From: a virus
Lineage: Duplodnaviria; Caudoviricetes
Strand: one strand, 5' to 3'
IMG/VR virus record: IMGVR_UViG_3300016469_000360
Location: 1-55,331 of that record
Length of the DNA stretch: 55,331 nt
The position numbers and the translations under genes were made by a program. Shown piece by piece: positions 28,412 through 36,100 of this stretch. The first letter of the stretch is position 1. Every line of letters begins with the position of its first letter. Under the pieces are notes generated by a model. The model was not told the origin of the DNA, did no database searches, and saw nothing but the letters and a program-made list of their open reading frames with translations.

Positions 28412-28422
28412 TCTGATTAGTA
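28406..28422. promoter_or_regulatory. 17-bp palindrome TACTAATCTGATTAGTA
   Basis: Overlaps stop of HNH gene; ~40 bp upstream of the promoter at 28459. Confidence 0.8.
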
Positions 28423-28458
28423 ACCCTGCAGCATGGTCAGGATTGTTTGCTGCCTTCC

Positions 28459-28477
28459 TTTAACTTCATGTTAGAGT
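28459..28477 (+). promoter_or_regulatory. TTTAAC-N5-GTTAGA palindrome with extended -10 (TGtTAGAGT)
   Basis: TTTAACTTCATGTTAGAGT upstream of strong RBS TAGGAG. Confidence 0.65.
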
Positions 28478-28514
28478 TCGCACCACTGCAACGACGCAGG
28501 TTTAGGAGATCGAG

Positions 28515-28832
28515 ATGACTGAAGTTCAAGCCGCCATCCAAGCCCTCGCGACTGTCGAGTCCCTGACCAACAAGATCGACCGTTTCGCCGTGATCGACCG
28601 CCAGATCAAGACCCTCACCGCTGAGGCCAAGACCCTGAAGGATGACCTCGCCAACACCTACGGTGAGGGCAAGTACCGCGGCGAGAAGTACGGCCTGCGC
28701 GTGACGATCGAGAACCGCAAGGGCTCGGTGGACATGGAGGCCCTGTGCAAGGCCTTCGGCATCACCGAGGCCGATCTCGACAAGTTCCGCGGCGAGTCCA
28801 GCGCCATCATCAAGGTCGCCGCCACTGCCTGA
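28515..28832 (+). CDS. Hypothetical early protein
   Basis: RBS AGGAG; strongly biased codons. Confidence 0.8.
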   Translation: MTEVQAAIQALATVESLTNKIDRFAVIDRQIKTLTAEAKTLKDDLANTYGEGKYRGEKYGLRVTIENRKGSVDMEALCKAFGITEADLDKFRGESSAIIKVAATA

Positions 28833-28863
28833 ACCAACGCCCCTACGGGGGCAGGAGGACATC

Positions 28864-29073
28864 ATGCGTATCTACGCCAAGACCGCGAACATCTCAACAT
28901 CAACCCTGTCCATATTCGGTGAGCGCAGTTCCCTGATTCTCGACATCGACATGTCGGACAGGCAATGCTACGAGGCCATCCTGACCCTGCTGGGTTCGAT
29001 GCCCGCAGAGAAGGCGGCCGACATGATCCGCTCGGAGTTCCCTGAACTTTTTGCCACGAAGGAGACAGCATGA
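28864..29073 (+). CDS. Hypothetical protein
   Basis: RBS AGGAGG after a C(TACG)G hairpin. Confidence 0.7.
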   Translation: MRIYAKTANISTSTLSIFGERSSLILDIDMSDRQCYEAILTLLGSMPAEKAADMIRSEFPELFATKETA

Positions 29074-29258
29074 AGGACCTTGAGACCGTGGTTCACACGG
29101 AAGAGCAGACCGCGGTGTGCGTTGACCGGTGGGATGATGGGGTGTGGCTGTCCATGCATCTGCTTGGGGGCAGCGTCCGCACCATCATGACCCGCGAAGA
29201 GGCCGCGCGCCTCATCCAAGGCCTGCAGGCCATTCTGGCTGCGGAGGTAGAGGCATGA
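29070..29258 (+). CDS. Hypothetical protein
   Basis: RBS AAGGAG, ATGA overlap. Confidence 0.7.
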   Translation: MKDLETVVHTEEQTAVCVDRWDDGVWLSMHLLGGSVRTIMTREEAARLIQGLQAILAAEVEA

Positions 29259-29458
29259 ACGAATACGTCTGGACTCCACCAGGGACCGATATCACCATTC
29301 GCTGGCGCAAGGCCGGCTGGGTCCCGCCAAGCGAGCAGGAGGTTTACCGGGCCAAGTGGAGGTACTACCAGGAGCTTCCCATGCGGACGCTGGACGAGGC
29401 CGGCAAGGCGGCCTATGAGCAGAAGCTCGCCAAAGCCGCAGTCCGGAGGATCCGATGA
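29255..29458 (+). CDS. Hypothetical protein (TDI..RWR..GWVPPSE)
   Basis: ATGA overlap; common phage motif. Confidence 0.7.
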   Translation: MNEYVWTPPGTDITIRWRKAGWVPPSEQEVYRAKWRYYQELPMRTLDEAGKAAYEQKLAKAAVRRIR

Positions 29459-29553
29459 GGAGGCTCAAGCCTATCGACTGGGCTATGGGCGCGGCCTACA
29501 CTGCGGCCACGATCGTCATCGTGATGGACTCTCTGGGGTGGCCATGGATCTAG
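29455..29553 (+). CDS. 32-aa membrane peptide MRRLKPIDWAMGAAYTAATIVIVMDSLGWPWI
   Basis: GGAGG RBS, ATGA overlap. Confidence 0.55.
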   Translation: MRRLKPIDWAMGAAYTAATIVIVMDSLGWPWI

Positions 29554-29828
29554 AGAAGGACGTGCTGCGGGTGGCGGACATCATGGGCCGCCTCGCACCG
29601 CGGGCGCAGAGGTACGTGGAGCACGTCATCGAGAAGGACGGCTACAACGTCGGAATGAGTGTGGCCACGAACACGGCCACGAACCTGCTCGTCTTCGTCC
29701 TGCTGACGGTCGAGCTCCACGGCGCCAAGCCAGACGACTTCCTGCGCCTGATGGTGGCGGAGATCACCCACAAGCTCGGCGTCGCTCGCTCCCAAGTCAT
29801 GCCGCCAGATGACGCACCGATTCATTGA
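29544..29828 (+). CDS. Hypothetical protein
   Basis: Fills operon before next promoter. Confidence 0.6.
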   Translation: MDLEKDVLRVADIMGRLAPRAQRYVEHVIEKDGYNVGMSVATNTATNLLVFVLLTVELHGAKPDDFLRLMVAEITHKLGVARSQVMPPDDAPIH

Positions 29829-29848
29829 CCCTGCTCAGCACTTGGGTA

Positions 29849-29877
29849 TTGCATACTTTAACTTTCCGTTAGAGAAT
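29849..29877 (+). promoter_or_regulatory. Promoter (TTGCAT-N17-GAGAAT) containing TTTAAC-N5-GTTAGA palindrome (29857-29873)
   Basis: Intergenic, AT-rich, upstream of AAGGAG RBS. Confidence 0.6.
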
Positions 29878-29914
29878 GCGTCCACTGCGCTGATGCAGGT
29901 TCAAGGAGTCAAAG

Positions 29915-30730
29915 ATGCATCCCTTCCAGAAAGCCAACCTCGGTCTCGCTCCCTTCCGCTGCATCGGCGTTCAAGAGAACGTCTTCGTCCACGCAGACGG
30001 CAGCACCAAGGCCGGCGGTTCCTGCCACTACTGCGGCACCGGGATCCGGTGGGAGTTCCTGATCCAGGGCCAGGACGATCGCATCTTCAAGGTTGGCTGC
30101 GACTGCGTCGAGAAGACGTACCGCGAGTACGGTGCTGAGGTCGAGGGCTTCCGTGCCGTGCGCCTGGAGCACGCCCGTCAGCGCCGCGAGGTCGGTGCTA
30201 CGGCCCGCCGTGAGGCCCGCAAGGCCGCCTGGGAGGCCCAGCGCGAAATCTGGAAGCAGGAGCGCATGGAGGCGTCCGCGCAGTGGCGTGAGGAGAACGC
30301 CGAACTGATTGCTCGCATCGAGGCTCACAAGGGCGCCAACGAGTTCCTGAGCAGCATGGCTTATGCCATTGGCCACTATGGCCGTCTGACCGAGCGCCAG
30401 CAGGAGAGCGTGGAGCGTGCCATCAGCCGCATTGATGCTCTGGAGCGCCAGCGTCAGTCCAGCGACTTCGTCGGCACTCCTGGCCAGCGCATCAAGGGCC
30501 GGAAGGTCCGCGTGACCCGCTGCATGGAGATCGGCAAGGAGCCCTTCTACCCCTACGCGCCGCGCTACCTCGTGGCCCTGGAGGACGAGCAGGGCAATGC
30601 TCTGACGTGGTTCACCAGCAAGGGCGAGCGGCCCTTCGATGTCTACGAGGAGGCTGCGTTCACGGTGAAGGATCACTCGGTCTACCAGGGCGTGCGCCAG
30701 ACCATCGTGCAACGGGTGGCCTTCAAGTGA
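29915..30730 (+). CDS. Early protein with N-terminal CxxC...CxC Zn-binding region and C-terminal OB-like region
   Basis: CHYCGTGI, VGCDCV, FTVKDH..YQGV.QT...R motifs. Confidence 0.75.
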   Translation: MHPFQKANLGLAPFRCIGVQENVFVHADGSTKAGGSCHYCGTGIRWEFLIQGQDDRIFKVGCDCVEKTYREYGAEVEGFRAVRLEHARQRREVGATARREARKAAWEAQREIWKQERMEASAQWREENAELIARIEAHKGANEFLSSMAYAIGHYGRLTERQQESVERAISRIDALERQRQSSDFVGTPGQRIKGRKVRVTRCMEIGKEPFYPYAPRYLVALEDEQGNALTWFTSKGERPFDVYEEAAFTVKDHSVYQGVRQTIVQRVAFK

Positions 30731-30846
30731 CCCCCAACTGGCCCTTCCCGAAGGCGCCACTGGACTACCCGGTGGCCCCTCCCATTCCCAGGCCAGTGAA
30801 GGAGAAATGGAAGCCCTCTCCTTCTGATCCTCCAGCCCCCTTCTAA
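30727..30846 (+). CDS. Pro-rich micro-protein (NWPFP...PAPF)
   Basis: GTGA overlap; motif typical of small phage ORFs. Confidence 0.5.
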   Translation: MTPNWPFPKAPLDYPVAPPIPRPVKEKWKPSPSDPPAPF

Positions 30847-30882
30847 TCCCACACAACACAGTGGGATATTGCACATCAATCC

Positions 30883-30901
30883 TTTAACTTCCTGTTAGAC
30901 T
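30883..30901 (+). promoter_or_regulatory. TTTAAC-N5-GTTAGA palindrome with extended -10 (TGtTAGACT)
   Basis: TTTAACTTCCTGTTAGACT; TTGCAC upstream. Confidence 0.65.
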
Positions 30902-30938
30902 TCATCCCATCGCAACACGCAACGCAGGAGCAGCAGAC

Positions 30939-31184
30939 ATGACTACTACCCTCAACGCCAGCGCCGTCCAAATCGCAGAGCAAGACATCAGTCTTGAAGA
31001 AGCCAAGGCAAAGCTGATGCTAGAAGGCAAGGCCCTGATCGCTTCGATCGGTTTTGAAGCTGCGGTTGATGCAATGGCCGAAGCCTCTGAAGTCCTTGAG
31101 CGTCACCACTTGGCCGCCAGCGAGCGCCGCCTCCGCGAGCGCAACGCAATCAAGGGCTTCCGGTTCATTCCGAAGCTGGGTTAA
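30939..31184 (+). CDS. Hypothetical protein
   Basis: RBS AGGAG after promoter. Confidence 0.7.
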   Translation: MTTTLNASAVQIAEQDISLEEAKAKLMLEGKALIASIGFEAAVDAMAEASEVLERHHLAASERRLRERNAIKGFRFIPKLG

Positions 31185-31202
31185 AGCAGTTAGGAGCGAC
31201 AC

Positions 31203-31451
31203 ATGATCAAGATCCGCATCAGCCCGACGATCGCCAACGAGCTCGCAGACCGCATGCCCGATGAACTGCCGCTCGACAAGCTGCGCGCGGGCATATGCGA
31301 GCTGACTATTGACGAGGCACGCGCCGTGCTTGCCGACGCCGAGTTCAATAGCGATCCGCACGCTATCGACGTTGGCCCTTACGGGATGCCGCGCGCTACG
31401 TTCAACGCCTATCGCGCGCTGGCCAAGCAAGTTTGCGCCGCCCTCGCCTAG
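31203..31451 (+). CDS. Hypothetical protein
   Basis: RBS TAGGAG. Confidence 0.7.
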   Translation: MIKIRISPTIANELADRMPDELPLDKLRAGICELTIDEARAVLADAEFNSDPHAIDVGPYGMPRATFNAYRALAKQVCAALA

Positions 31452-31498
31452 CCCCCGCGCCCTTCGGGGCGCTTCCCACCACAACAGGAGATCACACC

Positions 31499-31837
31499 AT
31501 GCCCAGCATCACCAACATCGAGCAGCGCCAACAGATGGAGCGTCAAGTGGTTCGCAACCTGATCCGCACGGCCAAGAAGGCTGGCTACTCTGTCGTCAAG
31601 GTGTGGGATGGTGGCGAGATGGTGTCCACCACCACTGAGACCGCGGCCATGGAGGCTGTCTTCGCGGTGGACGAGAGCCGGATTTACTTCAAGCACCCCG
31701 AAGAGCAGAAGGCTCACTGCGCCTGCATCGTGCTGGGCAACAGCGGATGGGACGCGATCGCGGATGCCAGCATGGGCGAGCGCTGGGATCCGGTGATCGA
31801 GGCCAACTCGCAATACGCCGACAAGTTTTGCGCTTGA
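31499..31837 (+). CDS. Hypothetical protein
   Basis: RBS AGGAG after a C(TTCG)G hairpin. Confidence 0.75.
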   Translation: MPSITNIEQRQQMERQVVRNLIRTAKKAGYSVVKVWDGGEMVSTTTETAAMEAVFAVDESRIYFKHPEEQKAHCACIVLGNSGWDAIADASMGERWDPVIEANSQYADKFCA

Positions 31838-31845
31838 AGACAACG

Positions 31846-32523
31846 GTGATTCACTATCACGGGACGCCGATTAGCCCAAACTGATACATTGAGACGATGT
31901 CCGGTCGGCACTTTTGCGTGAGCTACGCAGCGCCAGCGCAACTGCACATCTGCCTGCGCATAGGTGCCAGCGTGATGTTGGACAACGGGGCCTTTTCCGC
32001 CTACACCCGCGGCCTGCAACTTGACGTGCCGGGGTTCTACCGCTGGATCGAGCCTCACCTAGCCCATCCCCACTGGGCTGTCGTGCCTGATGTCATCGGT
32101 GGCACTGTGGAGGAGCAACGAGCCATGCTGAAGACATGGCCGTTCAGCAGGATGCTGGGGTTGCCGGTGTGGCACCTAGGGATGCCGCATGACTACCTGC
32201 TGGAGCTTGTGGACAACTGGCCGCGCATCTGCCTAGGCAGTTCCGGTGAGTACTGGCAGGTAGGAGGAGAAAAGTGGTCTCGTCGAATGGATGAGACCTA
32301 CAACCTCTTGGCCCGGCGTGGACCCTTGCCGTGGCTGCACGGTTTGAGAATGCTCGGACAGGCGGCTGGCCCATGGCCGCTTGCTTCCGCTGACTCAACG
32401 AACATCGGACGCAACTTTAAAGACCACCCCGCAACATGCCCGGAGTGCATGGCACTCAGGCTAGAGAAAACCAACCCGCCGACTCTATGGAAAGAGCGGC
32501 CAACCCAGGAGCAGCTATGCTGA
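31846..32523 (+). CDS. TGT/DpdA-like transglycosylase-fold protein; N-terminus interrupted by in-frame TGA at 31882 (track ORF starts 31897)
   Basis: MIHYHGTP, MLDNGAFS, PDVIGG, PVWH, LHGL, SADST motifs resemble the TGT/DpdA barrel; adjacent to VUT-like transporter. Confidence 0.65.
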
Positions 32524-32996
32524 CCATCGCAATCGCCGCCTATGCCGCGGCCATGATCCTTGCCAACCTAACCGTGGCCGCCTTCGGGCCTTGGGTCTCG
32601 CCCATCAACGCTTTCCTGCTGATCGGATTGGACCTTGCCCTGCGGGACTGGTTGCACGTGCGGCTCAAGGTCTGGCAGATGGGAACGCTCATCGCGTTCA
32701 CGGGGGGTCTGACGTTCATCCTGAACCCGGCTGCCGGGCAGATTGCGGTGGCCTCAGCGGCGGCCTTCACCGCAGCCGCCCTGGTGGACTGGGGGACGTT
32801 CGCCCGACTCCGGGGGTCATGGATGTTCCGCGCCAACGGATCCAACGTGGCTGGGGCTGCCGTGGACTCACTCTTGTTCCCGACCCTTGCGTTCGGGGTT
32901 CTCATGCCGCACATCGTCGCCCTGCAGTTCTTGGCCAAGGTGACTGGTGGTGCGGTGTGGTCTTGGATTCTCAATCGCCGCCTGGAGGCCGCATGA
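32517..32996 (+). CDS. VUT / queuosine-precursor transporter (YhhQ-like)
   Basis: ANL, LRDWLH, IAVASAAAF...VDW, SNV.GAAVDSLLF..LAFG motifs; multi-TM. Confidence 0.8.
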   Translation: MLTIAIAAYAAAMILANLTVAAFGPWVSPINAFLLIGLDLALRDWLHVRLKVWQMGTLIAFTGGLTFILNPAAGQIAVASAAAFTAAALVDWGTFARLRGSWMFRANGSNVAGAAVDSLLFPTLAFGVLMPHIVALQFLAKVTGGAVWSWILNRRLEAA

Positions 32997-33154
32997 ACCC
33001 CCACCACGTATTGTCAGACGAGGAGATCATCGAGCTCCTGCGTGATGACCCAGACGACCTCGTGCAGGAGCTCCTCCTGCGATTCATTCTCCTGACTGAG
33101 GACCGCAAATGCCGACTCGAAGAAGCCCTGCAAGCCCCGCAAAGCCCGCAGTGA
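32993..33154 (+). CDS. Hypothetical protein
   Basis: ATGA overlap, GGAGG RBS. Confidence 0.55.
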   Translation: MNPHHVLSDEEIIELLRDDPDDLVQELLLRFILLTEDRKCRLEEALQAPQSPQ

Positions 33155-33369
33155 AGGCTACCCCTGCACCCAAGGCTCCGAGAGCCGCCACGGGCCGTTC
33201 AGACACCCTGTACGCGATGCCAAAGGAGGTGTCGGACTGGATCGAGAGAGCTCAAAGCATCATGAACCACCAAAGGGGCGAGATCGAGCGCCTGAAGGCG
33301 GAGATCGCAGAGCTCAAGGCCTACAAGAAGTGGGCCGAGAGCCGCATCCTGAGGAGCGACCATGAGTAA
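33109..33369 (+). CDS. Hypothetical coiled-coil protein
   Basis: GAGGA RBS; MPKEVSDWIE..QS motif. Confidence 0.7.
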   Translation: MPTRRSPASPAKPAVKATPAPKAPRAATGRSDTLYAMPKEVSDWIERAQSIMNHQRGEIERLKAEIAELKAYKKWAESRILRSDHE

Positions 33370-33700
33370 CCTACGCGCCGCATTGCTTTTGGCCCTGGCG
33401 CTCCCCGCCCAGGCCCAGTTCGTCGATGGCAACGGACTGCTGGATCGGATGAACGACACTGGTGCAGTCAAGCCCATGGTGGCCTTGGGTTTCATACTGG
33501 GTGTCGCAGACAGTTTCCGCGGGACCGAAGTCTGTGTGCCGACGAATGTCCAAGCCGGGCAACTCTACGATCTTGTCCACCAATGGCTGCGCGCAAACCC
33601 AGACAAGAGACATCTGGAAGGGGCTGCAATCGTCCTGGTGTCTCTCAACCGCACTTGGCCCTGCAAGAAGACAGACCTCTCGCCAAGCGGGAGGTTCTGA
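33362..33700 (+). CDS. Exported protein, Rap1a immunity-protein-like
   Basis: Signal peptide; DGNGL, GFILGVAD, C.P, WL..NP..RH, WPC motifs. Confidence 0.7.
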   Translation: MSNLRAALLLALALPAQAQFVDGNGLLDRMNDTGAVKPMVALGFILGVADSFRGTEVCVPTNVQAGQLYDLVHQWLRANPDKRHLEGAAIVLVSLNRTWPCKKTDLSPSGRF

Positions 33701-33915
33701 TGGAGGACCCCATGATCCAAGTCATCTGCCCCAAGCACGGGACCCACGAGCACGCCATCGTGAGCGACATCCCCGGAAACGAAGGAGCGTGGTGCCAGAT
33801 GTGCTGGCTGGAAAGCCTGGGCCCGAGCTTGCCCTACAAGAAACTCAGACGCCCAATCCCGCACGAAGACGACTCAGACCTCGACATAGAGTGCAACCAC
33901 CACCACGAGTCCTGA
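33700..33915 (+). CDS. Small Zn-binding protein (CPKHG...WCQMC)
   Basis: TGATG overlap, GGAGG RBS. Confidence 0.6.
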   Translation: MEDPMIQVICPKHGTHEHAIVSDIPGNEGAWCQMCWLESLGPSLPYKKLRRPIPHEDDSDLDIECNHHHES

Positions 33916-34033
33916 GTACACTCCCTCCCCAGCGCTGAAAAGATTGCGCGAAAAAGGGACTGAGAGATGTCTTCATATAAGTTAGCGACCGCTCACAAGT
34001 CACATAGAGTGTCCCCATTTACGGGAGAGCATC

Positions 34034-34387
34034 ATGGGGCGTAGGGCGGGTATCCCGAACAAGGCCACAGCGGATGCAAGGCGGGCGATCGCGGCGTTCG
34101 TGGATGGGAATGCTCACCGCCTGACGGAGTGGCTCGACAGCGTGGCTGAGGGAGTCAAGACGCAGGAGCAGGACCCCAAGACGGGCGAGGTGGTGGAGAA
34201 GTGGATCGTCCCGCCTAACCCGGCGAAGGCGTTCGACATGTTCCAGTCGGTGGTGGAGTACCACGTGCCCAAGCTGGCCCGCATGGAGCACGTAGGTGAC
34301 CCGGAGAACCCGATGCAGGTGGAGCACTACCACGACGTATTCGGGGAGCTCCTGAAGAACCTGAAGATGCAGCGTCAGAGTGAGTGA
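34034..34387 (+). CDS. terS: Terminase small subunit (putative)
   Basis: GR..G.PNKAT N-terminus, EYHVPKLAR.E; directly upstream of terL. Confidence 0.7.
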   Translation: MGRRAGIPNKATADARRAIAAFVDGNAHRLTEWLDSVAEGVKTQEQDPKTGEVVEKWIVPPNPAKAFDMFQSVVEYHVPKLARMEHVGDPENPMQVEHYHDVFGELLKNLKMQRQSE

Positions 34388-35817
34388 TGGGGGCGGTTGA
34401 CCTCATCCTCCTGGACGACTCCCTGCTGGAGGAGTTCAAAAAGCTGCCCGTGAGGCAGAAGGCTGCCCTGGCGTGGCAGATGGAGTGGCTGCAGAAGGCC
34501 CATAAGCACCAGATCGAGCCGCCGGGGGACTGGTGGACCATCTGGCTCCTGATGGCCGGCCGCGGCGCCGGGAAGACCCGGGCAGCTGCTGAGACCCTGG
34601 CCTCATGGGCCTGGGAGGAGCCGAACACCCGCTGGCTGATCTCTGCTCCCACCTCGGGAGACGTGAGGGGCACGTGCTTCGAGGGCGACTCGGGGCTGCT
34701 GAACGTGATCCCGGCCACCCTGATCGCGGACTACAACAAGAGCCTGCACGAGCTCACCCTGGTGAACGGGAGCTTCCTCAAGGGCATCCCGGCCAGCGAG
34801 CCTGAGCGCTTCCGCGGCGGCCAGTGGCACGGGGCATGGCTGGACGAGCTCGCGGCCTGGGAGTACCTGCAGGACTCCTGGGACATGATCATGTTCGCCG
34901 TTCGCCTGGGCAAGCGGACCCGGATCGTCGCTTCGACCACGCCAAAGCCTAAGCCTCTGGTGATCGAGCTCCTGGGGCGGGAGGGGGACGACGTGGTGGT
35001 CACGCGGGCATCGACCTACGTGAACGTGGCCAACCTCGCCCCGAGCTTCCAGAAGCAGATCTTGCAGTACGAGGGTACCAACCTCGGCCGCCAGGAGATC
35101 CACGCCGAGATCATCGACCCGGAGGAGGCCGGCATCGTCAAGCGCCAGTGGTTCCGCCTCTGGCCAGCCTCCAGGCCCTTCCCGCGGCTGGAGTTCATCC
35201 TGCAGTCCTACGACTGCGCCACCTCGGAGAAGACCCACAACGACCCGACGGGCTGCATCACCTTCGGGGTGTTCAAGCCCGAGGACGGCGGCATGAGCGT
35301 CATGGTCATGGACTGCTGGGCAGAGCACCTGCAGTACCCGGACCTTAGACCGAAGGTCATCGGGGAGTTCGAGACGGTCTACGGGGAGGGCAAGGCCAGG
35401 AAGCTGGTGGACCTGATCCTGGTGGAGGACAAGTCGGCAGGCATCTCCCTGATCCAGGACCTGCAGCGGGCCCACCTGCCGGTCCACGCCTACAACCCGG
35501 GTCGGGCGGACAAGATCCAGCGGCTGTCGATTGTGGCCAACATCATCAAGGCCGGCAGGGTCTGGGTGCCTGAGTCCAGCCAGAGGAAGGGCTTCGTCCG
35601 AGACTGGGCTGAAGGAATGGTGAGCCAGATCTGCTCGTTCCCCGACGGGACGGTGCACGATGAGTACGTGGACTGCATCAGCCAAGGGCTGCGGTACCTG
35701 CGGGACGCCGGGTGGATCAGCATCGACGGACCTCCGCGGGAGGAGATCGAGCAGGATGACATCCTGGACGCTGAGATCTTCAATGCCCGCGGCCGCGAGA
35801 ACCCGTATGCGGCCTGA
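34384..35817 (+). CDS. terL: Terminase large subunit
   Basis: AGRGAGKT Walker A, WLDE Walker B, QSYDCA, EDKSAG, HDEYVD nuclease motifs. Confidence 0.95.
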   Translation: MMGAVDLILLDDSLLEEFKKLPVRQKAALAWQMEWLQKAHKHQIEPPGDWWTIWLLMAGRGAGKTRAAAETLASWAWEEPNTRWLISAPTSGDVRGTCFEGDSGLLNVIPATLIADYNKSLHELTLVNGSFLKGIPASEPERFRGGQWHGAWLDELAAWEYLQDSWDMIMFAVRLGKRTRIVASTTPKPKPLVIELLGREGDDVVVTRASTYVNVANLAPSFQKQILQYEGTNLGRQEIHAEIIDPEEAGIVKRQWFRLWPASRPFPRLEFILQSYDCATSEKTHNDPTGCITFGVFKPEDGGMSVMVMDCWAEHLQYPDLRPKVIGEFETVYGEGKARKLVDLILVEDKSAGISLIQDLQRAHLPVHAYNPGRADKIQRLSIVANIIKAGRVWVPESSQRKGFVRDWAEGMVSQICSFPDGTVHDEYVDCISQGLRYLRDAGWISIDGPPREEIEQDDILDAEIFNARGRENPYAA

Positions 35818-35834
35818 TACTAATCAGATTAGTA
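35818..35834. promoter_or_regulatory. 17-bp palindrome TACTAATCAGATTAGTA immediately after terL stop
   Basis: 21-mer GATACTAATCAGATTAGTAGT identical to 20556-20576. Confidence 0.8.
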
Positions 35835-35846
35835 GTGGAGATCCGA

Positions 35847-36053
35847 ATGAAGGTAGAAGGTGAGCCCGAGAAGTACATGGTCCTCCAGCACGTTGGAGGG
35901 GTGCAGGTCACGGTGTGCGAGAACCGATTCGAGGTGCTCATCGAGCCCGGGATGGACGCGAAGGAGCAACACCTCATGGGGATGGTCCGAGACTGGGTCC
36001 GGGAGCGCCGACAGAAGGCGCAGTTGCGAAAGCCTGGGGATATGCCAGACTGA
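35847..36053 (+). CDS. Hypothetical protein
   Basis: GGAG RBS, ATG 35847. Confidence 0.65.
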   Translation: MKVEGEPEKYMVLQHVGGVQVTVCENRFEVLIEPGMDAKEQHLMGMVRDWVRERRQKAQLRKPGDMPD

Positions 36054-36100
36054 CCGGTGCGACCCATGCCCGCTAGACCCACGCAGTGGGGAGAAGGATA

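Noticed and set aside
28460-30898. CtrA boxes (TTAA-N7-TTAA) at early promoters
   Set aside because: Three sites read TTAA-N7-TTAG, but the other two fit only the TYTAAC-N5-GTTAGA palindrome, so a phage operator is the simpler reading; not fully excluded since the host is unknown
31882-31884. Genome-wide TGA reassignment or selenocysteine
   Set aside because: TGA terminates many genes here, often in ATGA/TGATG overlaps; no suppressor tRNA seen; the position is not an evident catalytic Cys site
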